Shown one piece after another: positions 9,099 to 22,182 of a stretch of 64,000 nucleotides of DNA. The position numbers and the translations under genes are program-made. The notes beneath the pieces are model-generated. The model had not been told where the DNA came from. It did not search any database and saw nothing but the letters and a program-made list of their open reading frames with translations. Origin of the DNA: Candidatus Hadarchaeota archaeon (GTDB lineage: Archaea > CAYQAE01 > CAYVLA01). The DNA is taken from contig CAZUNO010000006.1 in assembly GCA_964621445.1 (NCBI GenBank), forward strand, positions 92,336-156,335, in the 5' to 3' direction. Position 1 is the first letter of the stretch; every line of letters starts with the position of its first letter.

Positions 9099-9946
9099 CG
9101 AAAATCGGGGGTGAGAACGTCCTTGACGCACTCGGCTATGACGTCCTGTACCTTCTTACCGCAACCATCCATGAGCTCGATCTTGGTAGCCAGGGACATC
9201 ACGGAAGCAAGCATCCAGCCCTCTTCATCACCTGAGAGATGCTGGATTAGGTTGGCGATGTCTATGGCTCCCCTCACCGAGGAGCCCCTCCTCACGTCGG
9301 GGTGTTCCCTGGTCTTCCTGGCTATCTTGACGGCGATGTCGATCTGGCCTGAATCTTTGTTGGTGGAACGTACCCTAACGATCCCCTTCTCCTCTCCCTC
9401 GTTTTGGTAATCCAGCCAGATCCAGACGAACCTGTCACGCAGGGCCTCGCTTAGAGCGGTGGTGCCCACGTATTCGGAGGGATTTTGGGTGGCTATTATC
9501 ATGAACCCGTCCTTGGCCTGCAGCGGACCGAGTTTCGGAAGGATGATTTGGCCCTCATCCATGGCCGTCAATAGTACATTCTGAGTGGTTTCCAGCAGAC
9601 GGTTAATCTCATTAATCAGGAGTATGCCACCGGCTTTCATTGAGGTGGTCAGCGGCCCCTCGATGAATGATTTCCAGTCGTAGCCCTCATTAACAACCAT
9701 GGGTGGATCGAAGTAGCCGACGAGCTTGTTCTCGGTAAACCTCTCATCTCCGTCGACCCTGAGGAAAGCCTGATCGAAATGGTTGGCTATGCTCTTGGCG
9801 ATAACCGTCTTGCCGGTTCCAATATTGCCCTCAATCATGAGGTGACGCCCCGATAGCTTAGCTGCCAGGGCTCTCTTGAGCTCGTTTTCCCGACCCACTA
9901 TATTGTATTCCTCTTGCACCTGTTCTATCATCTGTTCCATGTTCAA
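9095..9946 (-). CDS. MoxR-clade AAA+ ATPase (AAA_5 type)
   Basis: Walker A GNIGTGKT, GPLTTSMKAGGILLINEINR, IATQNP sensor 1, LSEALRDRF arginine finger, GSSVRG sensor 2. Confidence 0.92.
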   Translation of the reverse strand: MNMEQMIEQVQEEYNIVGRENELKRALAAKLSGRHLMIEGNIGTGKTVIAKSIANHFDQAFLRVDGDERFTENKLVGYFDPPMVVNEGYDWKSFIEGPLTTSMKAGGILLINEINRLLETTQNVLLTAMDEGQIILPKLGPLQAKDGFMIIATQNPSEYVGTTALSEALRDRFVWIWLDYQNEGEEKGIVRVRSTNKDSGQIDIAVKIARKTREHPDVRRGSSVRGAIDIANLIQHLSGDEEGWMLASVMSLATKIELMDGCGKKVQDVIAECVKDVLTPDFR

Positions 9947-9981
9947 TCGATCGCCTCTCGAAAGGTGAGTTAACCTGAGGC

Positions 9982-10998
9982 CTAGAAATCCAAATCTCTT
10001 AAATATGTTGAAATCTGGTCCTGCAGATCCGGGATTCCAACCATATCCACGCAGCTTATCGTAAAGACCGGGAGCCCCTCCCGTAAACTGGATTCTACCT
10101 CCGCTATCTGATCTTCTCCAGCGATGTCAATCTTGTTAATTGCCACGATGACCGGGTTCTGGAAAAGCTCGAGGATCTGGCGCAATAGGTTCAGCTGGTC
10201 CGCGAGGACGAACCCACTTCTTGTGGTGGGATCGATAATGAATATGACCAGATCGGCCAGGTGTTCCATGGCCTCTACGGCCTTCATTTCGCTCTCATTT
10301 CTCTCCTCGAGGGGCCGGTCCAGGAGTCCCGGGGTGTCTATCACCTGTATCTTTTTCCACCCCTCCTGGTAATACCCGAGCTGGATTCTCTGGGTGGTGA
10401 AGGGCACCGGCTTGACCTCCGGGTCCGATCCGGTTAGAACGGTGAGCAGCGTGGTTTTTCCCACGTTTGGGCAGCCCGCGATGACTATGGTGGGAAGGTC
10501 AAACTTTATGGTTGGCATCTCTCTCATCTTGGGAGCTATCTCATCCAAAAAGTCCATGACGGGCTTCAATGATCGGCAATAGGAGGATATCCTCCCATAG
10601 GCCCTGGTTCTAAAGCGATATAGAGAGCTTGAGTTACGGGCGGAATCCATCTTACGAAGGGTCTTGTCGCGGATTCTTCTTATGGAAGATGAGACATCCA
10701 TTACCTCGTTCTTAGCGCCGAAGATGGGCATCGCTCCCATGGCCTTCAACATGTCCTTGTGAAATGGACTCACCTGTTTCTTGCCCGGGATCTGCTTTTG
10801 GAGCCTAGTCAAATGCCGATCGATGGTGCCGGCGGCCACCCTGATTCTCTTCTTCTCCTTTATTCTGGCCTTTACCCGCGGCCTAAGGCCGGAGACGTTC
10901 TGGGATTCGGCCGCTTCGGAGGCTTTGGAGAAGGCCCTGTCTATCATATCCTCGATATCGATGGAATAGAAGCGAAATTCTTGGCGGGATTCAGCCAT
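9982..10998 (-). CDS. Nog1-family (Obg-like) GTPase
   Basis: GCPNVGKT, PFTT, DTPGLLDRPLEERN, NKID; start 10998 (coupled to DUF504 stop) or 11022. Confidence 0.93.
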   Translation of the reverse strand: MAESRQEFRFYSIDIEDMIDRAFSKASEAAESQNVSGLRPRVKARIKEKKRIRVAAGTIDRHLTRLQKQIPGKKQVSPFHKDMLKAMGAMPIFGAKNEVMDVSSSIRRIRDKTLRKMDSARNSSSLYRFRTRAYGRISSYCRSLKPVMDFLDEIAPKMREMPTIKFDLPTIVIAGCPNVGKTTLLTVLTGSDPEVKPVPFTTQRIQLGYYQEGWKKIQVIDTPGLLDRPLEERNESEMKAVEAMEHLADLVIFIIDPTTRSGFVLADQLNLLRQILELFQNPVIVAINKIDIAGEDQIAEVESSLREGLPVFTISCVDMVGIPDLQDQISTYLRDLDF

Positions 10999-11257
10999 TC
11001 CTTGCCCATCGGACCTTGCCATTGGAATCCCTCACCTCCTCAACGCGATGAAATGGAACATGGGAGATATCATCCCCCATCTTTATGGTCATGAATCCAG
11101 GCTCCAGCTCGACGATTGAGCTACCCTTAACGGATTTAATCCTGCGGATGGTGTTCCCTCTGGTATCCTTTGCTCTATCAACATAGGATATCCTGGCGGT
11201 GGAAAGGTCCTCACGGTGATCCCACTTTAATTTGGAGAGGAAATCTCTGAGCATCAT
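10991..11257 (-). CDS. DUF504 / MJ1316-like predicted RNA-binding protein
   Basis: MLRDFLSKLKWD...ISYVDR...HVPFHRV pattern, 88 aa. Confidence 0.8.
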   Translation of the reverse strand: MMLRDFLSKLKWDHREDLSTARISYVDRAKDTRGNTIRRIKSVKGSSIVELEPGFMTIKMGDDISHVPFHRVEEVRDSNGKVRWARNG

Positions 11258-11394
11258 TCGGTGATCCTAACCAGGGACGAGGGATAAGTCTTTCCAAAAA
11301 GGGGTTATCACCGCGAATGCCAATCTAACCGGGTTCTGCCGGAATGGTGAGTTGGCACAACACATAATACCGGAGTTTCCCTCCTCATGGAGGA

Positions 11395-12438
11395 ATGATG
11401 CGTAGCAAAACCTTCAGGGATAGGACCGTCAAGGCCGCCTTTGGCGGCCCGCTGCTAATTTTCGACCGGGAGAATATGAGATACCTCACGGGCTCCGATG
11501 CCGGCGCGGCGCTGGTGGTTCCCGTTGAGAGGGAACCGGTGCTCCTGGCGTCCAGGATGGAGGCCGAGAGAGCGAGTTCCCAGACCTGGATAGACGATGT
11601 GAGGCAGTTTAACAAGGGAGAGGTAAGTCTAAGAAGAAACGAGGAAGTCATTTCGGACTCCCTGGGAGGAGCTATCAGAAAGGTTGCCCAGGAATTGGAG
11701 ATAGGCGAGATATCATTTGACAGAATTCCTGAAGAGGTCCGGGATGATCTGGACCATCTGGAGTTGTCCAGAACCGACCGGCTTAGGGACATGAGGATGA
11801 TAAAATCGGATCTTGAGATCCGCCGCATAAAGAAGGCCAGAGGGATCGCCGGCGCGGTCTACGATGAGGTATCATCTGAGATCGAGGAGGGGGAGACCGA
11901 GTTGGAGCTGGCGGGGAGGATATACCGTGCAATAATGTCCAGGGGCTCAATCGCGGCCTTTGAACCCATAGTTGCCTTCGATAAGAACTCGGCATTCCCG
12001 CATCATTCTCCCACAACTACTGAGCTGGGGTCTTCGGCGATCGTATTAATAGACCTGGGAGCTAGGGTGGATGGCTATTGCAGCGACATCACCCGCACCA
12101 TGCTTACATTTCCAGGTCCCGCGGAGGAAAGTCTTGAAAAGGTCAGATCGGCCATAAATGCCGCAGTTGACGGTATGGAGCCTGGCATGGAGCTAACCAA
12201 AGTCGCTGAGGCCGCTAGGGAAGCTTTGGGAAAGGAAAGCAGTTATTTCATTCACAGTCTGGGCCATGGTCTCGGCCTGGGTGTCCATGAGCCGCCCGTA
12301 ATCTCGACCAACAGCGACGAGAAGCTGAAGGAGGGCATGGTTTTCACCATCGAACCCGGTATCTACTACAAGGGGAGGTTTGGCGTGCGCTGGGAGGAGG
12401 ACGTGGTATGTCGCCAGGGAGGGGTGGAAATCCTATGA
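11395..12438 (+). CDS. Xaa-Pro aminopeptidase/prolidase (M24)
   Basis: NMRYLTG, PHH, IDLGA..DGYCSDITRT, HSLGHGLGL.VHE, TIEPGIY, GVRWEED. Confidence 0.93.
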   Translation: MMRSKTFRDRTVKAAFGGPLLIFDRENMRYLTGSDAGAALVVPVEREPVLLASRMEAERASSQTWIDDVRQFNKGEVSLRRNEEVISDSLGGAIRKVAQELEIGEISFDRIPEEVRDDLDHLELSRTDRLRDMRMIKSDLEIRRIKKARGIAGAVYDEVSSEIEEGETELELAGRIYRAIMSRGSIAAFEPIVAFDKNSAFPHHSPTTTELGSSAIVLIDLGARVDGYCSDITRTMLTFPGPAEESLEKVRSAINAAVDGMEPGMELTKVAEAAREALGKESSYFIHSLGHGLGLGVHEPPVISTNSDEKLKEGMVFTIEPGIYYKGRFGVRWEEDVVCRQGGVEIL

Positions 12439-12485
12439 TAAAGGTGTATATAGAAATCCGCGAATCTACATAGGAGGAAGTAATA

Positions 12486-12493
12486 TTTATAAA
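12486..12493 (+). promoter_or_regulatory. Candidate TATA box for tRNA-Lys/rpoB operon
   Basis: TTTATAAA in intergenic DNA about 120 nt before tRNA-Lys. Confidence 0.5.
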
Positions 12494-12613
12494 GAGGATC
12501 AGGAATGTTTACTTAGTTTTCTCCGAGGGAAAGCTGGTTGCCGGGCTCCTTCTCGTTATGTCTTTCAGAAGTTATCTTGGTGAGTGGTAGCTCCCTCAGC
12601 ACCTTAGATTTCA

Positions 12614-12687
12614 GGGCCCGTAGCTCAGTCTGGCAGAGCACTGGCCTTTTAAGCCAGGTGTCCGGGGTTCAATTCCCCGCGGGCCCG
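12614..12687 (+). tRNA. tRNA-Lys(TTT)
   Basis: GGGCCCG TAGCTCAG...CTGGC-CT-TTT-AA-GCCAG...GGTTCAATT...CGGGCCC-G cloverleaf, no intron. Confidence 0.97.
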
Positions 12688-12709
12688 CAAAACTAGGAGG
12701 ATAAGAGTA

Positions 12710-15700
12710 ATGGTTGGTCCAAGATGGCCATTAATGAAGGCGTTTTTTGAAGAGAAAGGTTTGGTCAGGCAGCATCTGGACTCGTACAACTACTTCGTGA
12801 GTACGGGTATCCAAGAGGTAATTGACGAGATCGGGGAGATAAGCCTCGATGTCGAGGATTACCACGTCAAGCTTGGGAGGGTTACCATTAGAGCTCCCTC
12901 CATGAAGGAAGCGGATGGAGCTCGGCGGGCGATAATGCCCATGGAGGCCCGGCTCAGAAACCTCACCTACTCCGCACCGATATATCTCCAGATGTGCCTC
13001 ATGAATGGGGATCTGGAGGTTGAGAGCGAAGAGGTCTATGTGGGTGAGCTTCCGGTGATGCTAAAGTCCGATCTATGTGCCCTGCATGACATGTCGGAGG
13101 AGGAGTTGATCCAGGCGGGAGAGGACCCCGTCGACTCCGGCGGTTACTTCATAATTAACGGTACCGAAAGGGTGATCGTGTCCATAGAGGAGCTGGCCGA
13201 GGACCGCATGATAACCGAGAAGGACGAGAGGAGGCATTCCCAGCGTACCCGTCTGTTCTCCACCCGTCACGGATACAGGGCCAAGATCACGGTTGAGAGG
13301 AAGAGAGACGGGTCCCTCAGGGTATCCTTCCCCAGAGTGCCCGGATACATACCCCTGGTCGTACTCATGCGTTCCCTGGGCATGGAGATGGATAAGGACA
13401 TAGCGGATGCAGTATCCAGGGATTCAGCGATTCTAAACGAGCTCTATCCGAATTTGGAGGATGCTAGGGAGATATCCTCCCAGGATGAGGCTCTGGATTT
13501 CGTGGGTAGAAGGGTGGCCTCCGGTCAGCCCCTGGAACGCCGGGTAGAAAGGGCGACCCAGGTCGTCGACAGGTCATTGTTGCCCCATCTTGGGAATGAG
13601 TCCTCGGACCGCATGAGAAAGGCCTACTACCTTGGGCGCATGGCGGAAAGAACCATCGAACTGTCCCTGGGAACCAGGGACGAGGATGATAAGGATCACT
13701 ACGGAAATAAGAGGCTCAGCTTGGCCGGGGACCTACTTAAGAATCTATTCCGAGTCTCGTTCACCTCTCTCGGAAAGGACATCAAATACCAGCTCGAGAG
13801 GAGCATAAGCCGGGGGAAGAGGCTAAAGATCGGGATCGCGGTTAGGGCCGATCAACTGTCGGAAAAGATGAAACACGCGCTTGCCACCGGAAATTGGCCC
13901 GGAGGCAGAACCGGCGTAAGCCAGTTATTGGCCAGGGATAATTTCATAACTGCAATATCACATCTGAGACGTGTCATTTCCACACTGAGCAGGTCTCAGT
14001 CCCACTTCGAAGCCAGGGACCTTCATGCCACCCACTATGGACGCCTATGTCCTTCGGAAACCCCGGAGGGACCCAACTGTGGATTGGTCAAGAACCTGTC
14101 CCTCATGGCCCACATTTCAACGGAGGCCGACCAGGAAATCGTGGAGAACACCCTATATGATCTCGGCGTACGAAAGATGGTTCCCGGGAGAAGTGAGGAG
14201 GGGTCGGCGACCTACCTAAACGGTAGGCTTATCGGGGTCATCGACGAGCCCGAGGATCTAGTTGAGAAGATCAGGGATCTGAGAAGAAAAGGGATGACCT
14301 CGGAGGAAGTAAACGTCAGGCTCGTGGACGAGACTATGGAGGTCCTGGTCTACTCGGATGCCGGACGGGTGAAAAGACCCGTTATAATAGTAAAGGACGG
14401 GGTATCTAAGCTGACCGAGACCCATATCCAGATGCTGGAAAGCGGCGATATGGAGTGGCAAGACCTGGTCGAGGAGGGAATAGTGGAGTACCTCGATGCC
14501 GAGGAGGAGGAGAATTGCCTGATCGCAGTCTCCGAGGATCAGCTCACGGAGGAGCACACCCATCTGGAGATCGACCCATCGGCAACGCTTGGTATATGTG
14601 CTTCTTTAATCCCCTATCCGGAACACAACGCCTCGCCCCGAAATACCTATGGGGCGGGCATGTCCAAGCAGGCCCTGGGTTTCTATTCATCAAATTTTCC
14701 CCTGAGAATGGACACCCGTGGACACCTCCTCCACTACCCGCAGCGTCCGATATGTGAGACCGGGGTTATGGATGCAATTGGCCTGAATAGGAGGTCCTCC
14801 GGCCAGAACTTCGTGGTGGCCGTGGGGTGTTATTATGGTTTCAACATCGAGGATGCCCTGATAATTAACGAATCATCGATTGATCGAGGTCTTTCCCGTT
14901 CCACCTTCTTCCGTTCATATGATGCCGAGGAGAAGAGATACCCAGGGGGTCAGGTTGACATGTTTGAGCTTCCCGAGGAGGAAGCCCGCGGTTTCAGAGG
15001 TGAGGAGAAGTATGGGTATCTGGACTATGATGGGGTAATTTGGCCCGAGTCCGAGGTTGAAAGCGGCGATGTGCTGATTGGAAGAACCAGTCCCCCGCGT
15101 TTCCTGGAGGAAATGGACCGGTTCGGTACCAGAGTCGAGAGAAGGAGGGAGACCTCCACCTACGTTAGACACCGTGAGGAGGGAATAGCTGACGTGGTCA
15201 TGCTCTCGGAGACATCAGAGGGTAATAAACTCTGCAAGGTCAAGGTTAGGGACCTGAGAAGCCCGGAGATAGGGGATAAGTTCGCCTCCAGACATGGGCA
15301 GAAAGGCATAATCGGACTGATAGTCCCCCAGGAGGACATGCCATTCACCGAGGATGGGGTAGTACCCGACCTTATATTGAATCCCCACGCCATACCGGGA
15401 AGGAAAACCCTGGGTCAGATACTGGAGACCCTGGCCGGGAAGATCGGGGCACTGAACGGCGAGACGGTTGATACCACTCCATTCTATGGGATGACGGAGG
15501 AAGAAATCAGGGAGGAGCTCGAGGACAAGTGTTTCAACCATGCGGGCAAGGAGGTTCTCTACGATGGAATTACCGGCCAAAAGATGTCCATGGACATGTT
15601 CATGGGCATAACCTACTACTGGAAGCTACATCACATGGTCTCCGACAAGATACACGCCCGGTCCAGGGGACCGATACAGATGCTCACCCGGCAGCCGACT

Positions 15701-16009
15701 GAAGGAAGGGCTAGAGAGGGAGGCCTGAGGTTTGGAGAGATGGAAAGGGATTGCCTGGTCGGTCACGGCGCAGCGCTTCTGCTAAAGGAGAGACTTCTGG
15801 AGGAGTCCGACAAGTGCACGGTCCTGGTATGCACGGATTGTGGCGGCATAGGCGTTTATGATAGAATAACCGATATGCAGTACTGTCCGATGTGCGGTGA
15901 GAGCGCAATTCTGGAGGAGGTCGAGATCTCTTACGCCTTCAAGCTTCTAGTTGACGAGTTGAAATCGCTTGGCATCAATCCAAGATTCGAGTTGAAGGAT
16001 AAGGCCTAG
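12710..16009 (+). CDS. rpoB: RNA polymerase subunit B (unsplit Rpo2)
   Basis: GGYFIINGTE, CPSETPEGPNCGLVK, GDKFASRHGQKG, GGLRFGEMERD; SD AGGAGG. Confidence 0.99.
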   Translation: MVGPRWPLMKAFFEEKGLVRQHLDSYNYFVSTGIQEVIDEIGEISLDVEDYHVKLGRVTIRAPSMKEADGARRAIMPMEARLRNLTYSAPIYLQMCLMNGDLEVESEEVYVGELPVMLKSDLCALHDMSEEELIQAGEDPVDSGGYFIINGTERVIVSIEELAEDRMITEKDERRHSQRTRLFSTRHGYRAKITVERKRDGSLRVSFPRVPGYIPLVVLMRSLGMEMDKDIADAVSRDSAILNELYPNLEDAREISSQDEALDFVGRRVASGQPLERRVERATQVVDRSLLPHLGNESSDRMRKAYYLGRMAERTIELSLGTRDEDDKDHYGNKRLSLAGDLLKNLFRVSFTSLGKDIKYQLERSISRGKRLKIGIAVRADQLSEKMKHALATGNWPGGRTGVSQLLARDNFITAISHLRRVISTLSRSQSHFEARDLHATHYGRLCPSETPEGPNCGLVKNLSLMAHISTEADQEIVENTLYDLGVRKMVPGRSEEGSATYLNGRLIGVIDEPEDLVEKIRDLRRKGMTSEEVNVRLVDETMEVLVYSDAGRVKRPVIIVKDGVSKLTETHIQMLESGDMEWQDLVEEGIVEYLDAEEEENCLIAVSEDQLTEEHTHLEIDPSATLGICASLIPYPEHNASPRNTYGAGMSKQALGFYSSNFPLRMDTRGHLLHYPQRPICETGVMDAIGLNRRSSGQNFVVAVGCYYGFNIEDALIINESSIDRGLSRSTFFRSYDAEEKRYPGGQVDMFELPEEEARGFRGEEKYGYLDYDGVIWPESEVESGDVLIGRTSPPRFLEEMDRFGTRVERRRETSTYVRHREEGIADVVMLSETSEGNKLCKVKVRDLRSPEIGDKFASRHGQKGIIGLIVPQEDMPFTEDGVVPDLILNPHAIPGRKTLGQILETLAGKIGALNGETVDTTPFYGMTEEEIREELEDKCFNHAGKEVLYDGITGQKMSMDMFMGITYYWKLHHMVSDKIHARSRGPIQMLTRQPTEGRAREGGLRFGEMERDCLVGHGAALLLKERLLEESDKCTVLVCTDCGGIGVYDRITDMQYCPMCGESAILEEVEISYAFKLLVDELKSLGINPRFELKDKA

Positions 16010-19799
<3,790 letters not shown>

Positions 19800-19800
<1 letters not shown>

Positions 19801-20108
19801 TGACCGTGGATATAGACAAGGCCCTGAGAGAGGCAATTCGAACCGGACGGGTAGAGATAGGACTGGAGACCACCATAAGGGCCACTGTAACTGGAAGGGC
19901 CAGGTTGGTAATAGTCTCAAGTAGATGTCCCGATACCAGTCTCGATGATCTCCGCTACTATTCGAGCATGTCGGAGGTTCCCATCATCGAATTCGAGGGG
20001 GATAGCCGCGATCTAGGGAGAGCATGTAGAAAGCCATTTCACGTGGCCTCGGTTGCGGTGATAGATGCAGGCGAGTCAAGCGTTCTGTCTGCCGTTCAAG
20101 GTGCTTAG
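19800..20108 (+). CDS. rpl30e: Ribosomal protein L30e
   Basis: LGRACRKPF motif; canonical position after rpoA''. Confidence 0.95.
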
Positions 20109-20537
20109 ATGGGGATAAAGCTCGGCGAGGAGCAACTTGAGTACATGGCCCTTTTCGAGGGAATCTCGGGTGCGCCAATACTCGATTGCATTATTCCTGA
20201 TGATGCAAATCGTGTTGTCTTTGTGGTCAAGAAGAATAACGTTAGCAAGGCGATCGGAAGGGGCGGCCTTAACGTCAAGAAGGCCAAGAACATGATAGGC
20301 CGGGACATAGAGGTGGTGGAGTACTCCGAGGACCCCAAGGAATTCATCACCAAATTGGTATCACCGGCCCGGGTCCAGAACATCCGTCTGGTGGAGTCCG
20401 AGGGAAACAAGACGGCCTATGTCAACGTCCATCCCCAGGACAAGGGAATGGCCATAGGGCGCGGCGGTTCGACCATCCGAAAGGTAAGGACGTTGAGCGA
20501 TCGTCATCACTCGATAGACAACGTGGTTGTGGTCTAG
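20109..20537 (+). CDS. nusA: Archaeal NusA (two KH domains)
   Basis: AIGRGGLNV and AIGRGGSTI KH GxxG loops; synteny. Confidence 0.96.
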   Translation: MGIKLGEEQLEYMALFEGISGAPILDCIIPDDANRVVFVVKKNNVSKAIGRGGLNVKKAKNMIGRDIEVVEYSEDPKEFITKLVSPARVQNIRLVESEGNKTAYVNVHPQDKGMAIGRGGSTIRKVRTLSDRHHSIDNVVVV

Positions 20538-20675
20538 AGTTTCCCTGTTTGATAGATTTTCAACGTACGGTCAGGTAGGATAAAGTTATATATCCGCCAG
20601 AGGGAATAAACCTTAACTTCGCCCAGGTGAGGGTAGGCATTTTCTACCAAAACCTGGATTCTCTTGAGGTGCATT

Positions 20676-20972
20676 ATGGCACGAGATAAAAACGAGGAGG
20701 AAACGCTTAAAGTAAGAATACCTAGAAGGAATGAGGTAGTGGGTATAGTACAGCAGATGCTAGGTACTGGAAGACTTAGGGTCAAATGCAAGGACGGTCA
20801 TACCAGAATGTGCAGGATCCCCGGTAGAATGCGAAAGAGGATATGGGTAAGGGAAGGCGATGTGGTTATCGTTTCCCTGGGAGAGGTTCAGAGCGATACC
20901 AAAGGGGATATAGCTTACCGCTACACCCAGGATCAAGTAAGATGGTTGAAGCGACGCAACTATTTGTCGTGA
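20676..20972 (+). CDS. eif1a: Translation initiation factor aIF-1A
   Basis: QMLG...[27 protein letters not shown]; ATG 20676 after SD GAGGTG. Confidence 0.96.
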   Translation: MARDKNEEETLKVRIPRRNEVVGIVQQMLGTGRLRVKCKDGHTRMCRIPGRMRKRIWVREGDVVIVSLGEVQSDTKGDIAYRYTQDQVRWLKRRNYLS

Positions 20973-20981
20973 GGTGTTAAA

Positions 20982-21419
20982 TTGAGTAAAGGTTCAAGGG
21001 GACTATTTGCATCTAGAAAACTCAAGAAGGACAGGAAGAAATTCAGATGGAGAGATCGTGACTACATGCGTAGGGCACTGAATCTCGACGTCAAGGTGGA
21101 CCCCCTGGAGGGTTCGCCTCAGGCCAAGGGTATAGTCCTGTTTAGGGACAAGGTCGAGGCAAAGCAGCCCAACTCCGCATGGAGAAAAGTAGTTCGAGTC
21201 CAGCTAATAAAGAACGGGAAACAGGTTACCGCCTTTTGCCCCGGCGATGGAGCTCTAAAGTTTGTTGATGAGCACGATGAGGTCCTCATCGAGGGTATAG
21301 GAGGATCTAGAGGCGGTTCCTACGGCGATCTTCCCGGTGTTCGGTGGAAGGTAGTTAAAGTGAACGGGGTTGCCCTTGAGGAAATGGTCAAGGGCAAGAA
21401 AGAGAAACCCATAAGATGA
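20982..21419 (+). CDS. rps12: Ribosomal protein S12 (uS12)
   Basis: [36 protein letters not shown]; TTG start after GAGGTG. Confidence 0.98.
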   Translation: MSKGSRGLFASRKLKKDRKKFRWRDRDYMRRALNLDVKVDPLEGSPQAKGIVLFRDKVEAKQPNSAWRKVVRVQLIKNGKQVTAFCPGDGALKFVDEHDEVLIEGIGGSRGGSYGDLPGVRWKVVKVNGVALEEMVKGKKEKPIR

Positions 21420-21439
21420 TTTTAACGGGTTGATCTTCG

Positions 21440-22177
21440 ATGGCCAATGAAGATGAAGAATCAAATAACGAAGAGGAAGAGTCAATAGAGGAGGCTGAAG
21501 AGGAAAAACCAGCCGAATCGGAGTCAGACTCAGAGGTAGAGGAGGAAACGGAGGACGAGCAGGAGCCTGAGGACAGGGTTAAATTGTTCGGCAGGTGGAA
21601 TTTCCCGGAGGTTGGGGAAGTCGATCCGGGGCTCCAGAGGTATGTTTGCCTGGATCCTGTAATTATCCCCCATACCGCTGGTAGGGCGGCCAATAAGCGC
21701 TTTGCAAAGTCAGATGTTAATATTGTGGAGCGTTTGGTCAATAAGTGCATGCGGTCGGGGACGGGAAGGAAGAAAATCGCCGGTAAGTTCATTAGGAACA
21801 AGTACGGCTGCGGTAAGAAAGAGAGGTCCATCCGGAATCTCAGGGAGGCATTCGATATCATTGAGGAGAAAACGGATACCAATCCGATCCAGATCCTCAT
21901 CCAGGCGATAGAGAACTGTGCTCCCAGGGAGGAGACGACAACAATTTCCTACGGTGGAATTTCCTACCACAAGTCGGTGGATGTTTCACCCCAGAGAAGG
22001 GTGGATTTGGCCCTAAGAAATATCGCCCGGGGAACATCGGCGTCTGCATTTAAATCCAAGAGAAATCTGGCAGAAGCGTTGGCGGATGAGCTAGTCCTTG
22101 CAGCCAGGAATGACTCAAGTAGTCACGCCGTGGCGCGTAAGGAGGAGACCGAAAGGGTTGCCATGTCATCGAGGTGA
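21440..22177 (+). CDS. rps7: Ribosomal protein S7 (uS7) with acidic N-terminal extension
   Basis: IVERLVNK, PREETT, VDVSPQRRVDLALR, RKEETERVA. Confidence 0.98.
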   Translation: MANEDEESNNEEEESIEEAEEEKPAESESDSEVEEETEDEQEPEDRVKLFGRWNFPEVGEVDPGLQRYVCLDPVIIPHTAGRAANKRFAKSDVNIVERLVNKCMRSGTGRKKIAGKFIRNKYGCGKKERSIRNLREAFDIIEEKTDTNPIQILIQAIENCAPREETTTISYGGISYHKSVDVSPQRRVDLALRNIARGTSASAFKSKRNLAEALADELVLAARNDSSSHAVARKEETERVAMSSR

Positions 22178-22182
22178 CGTAA

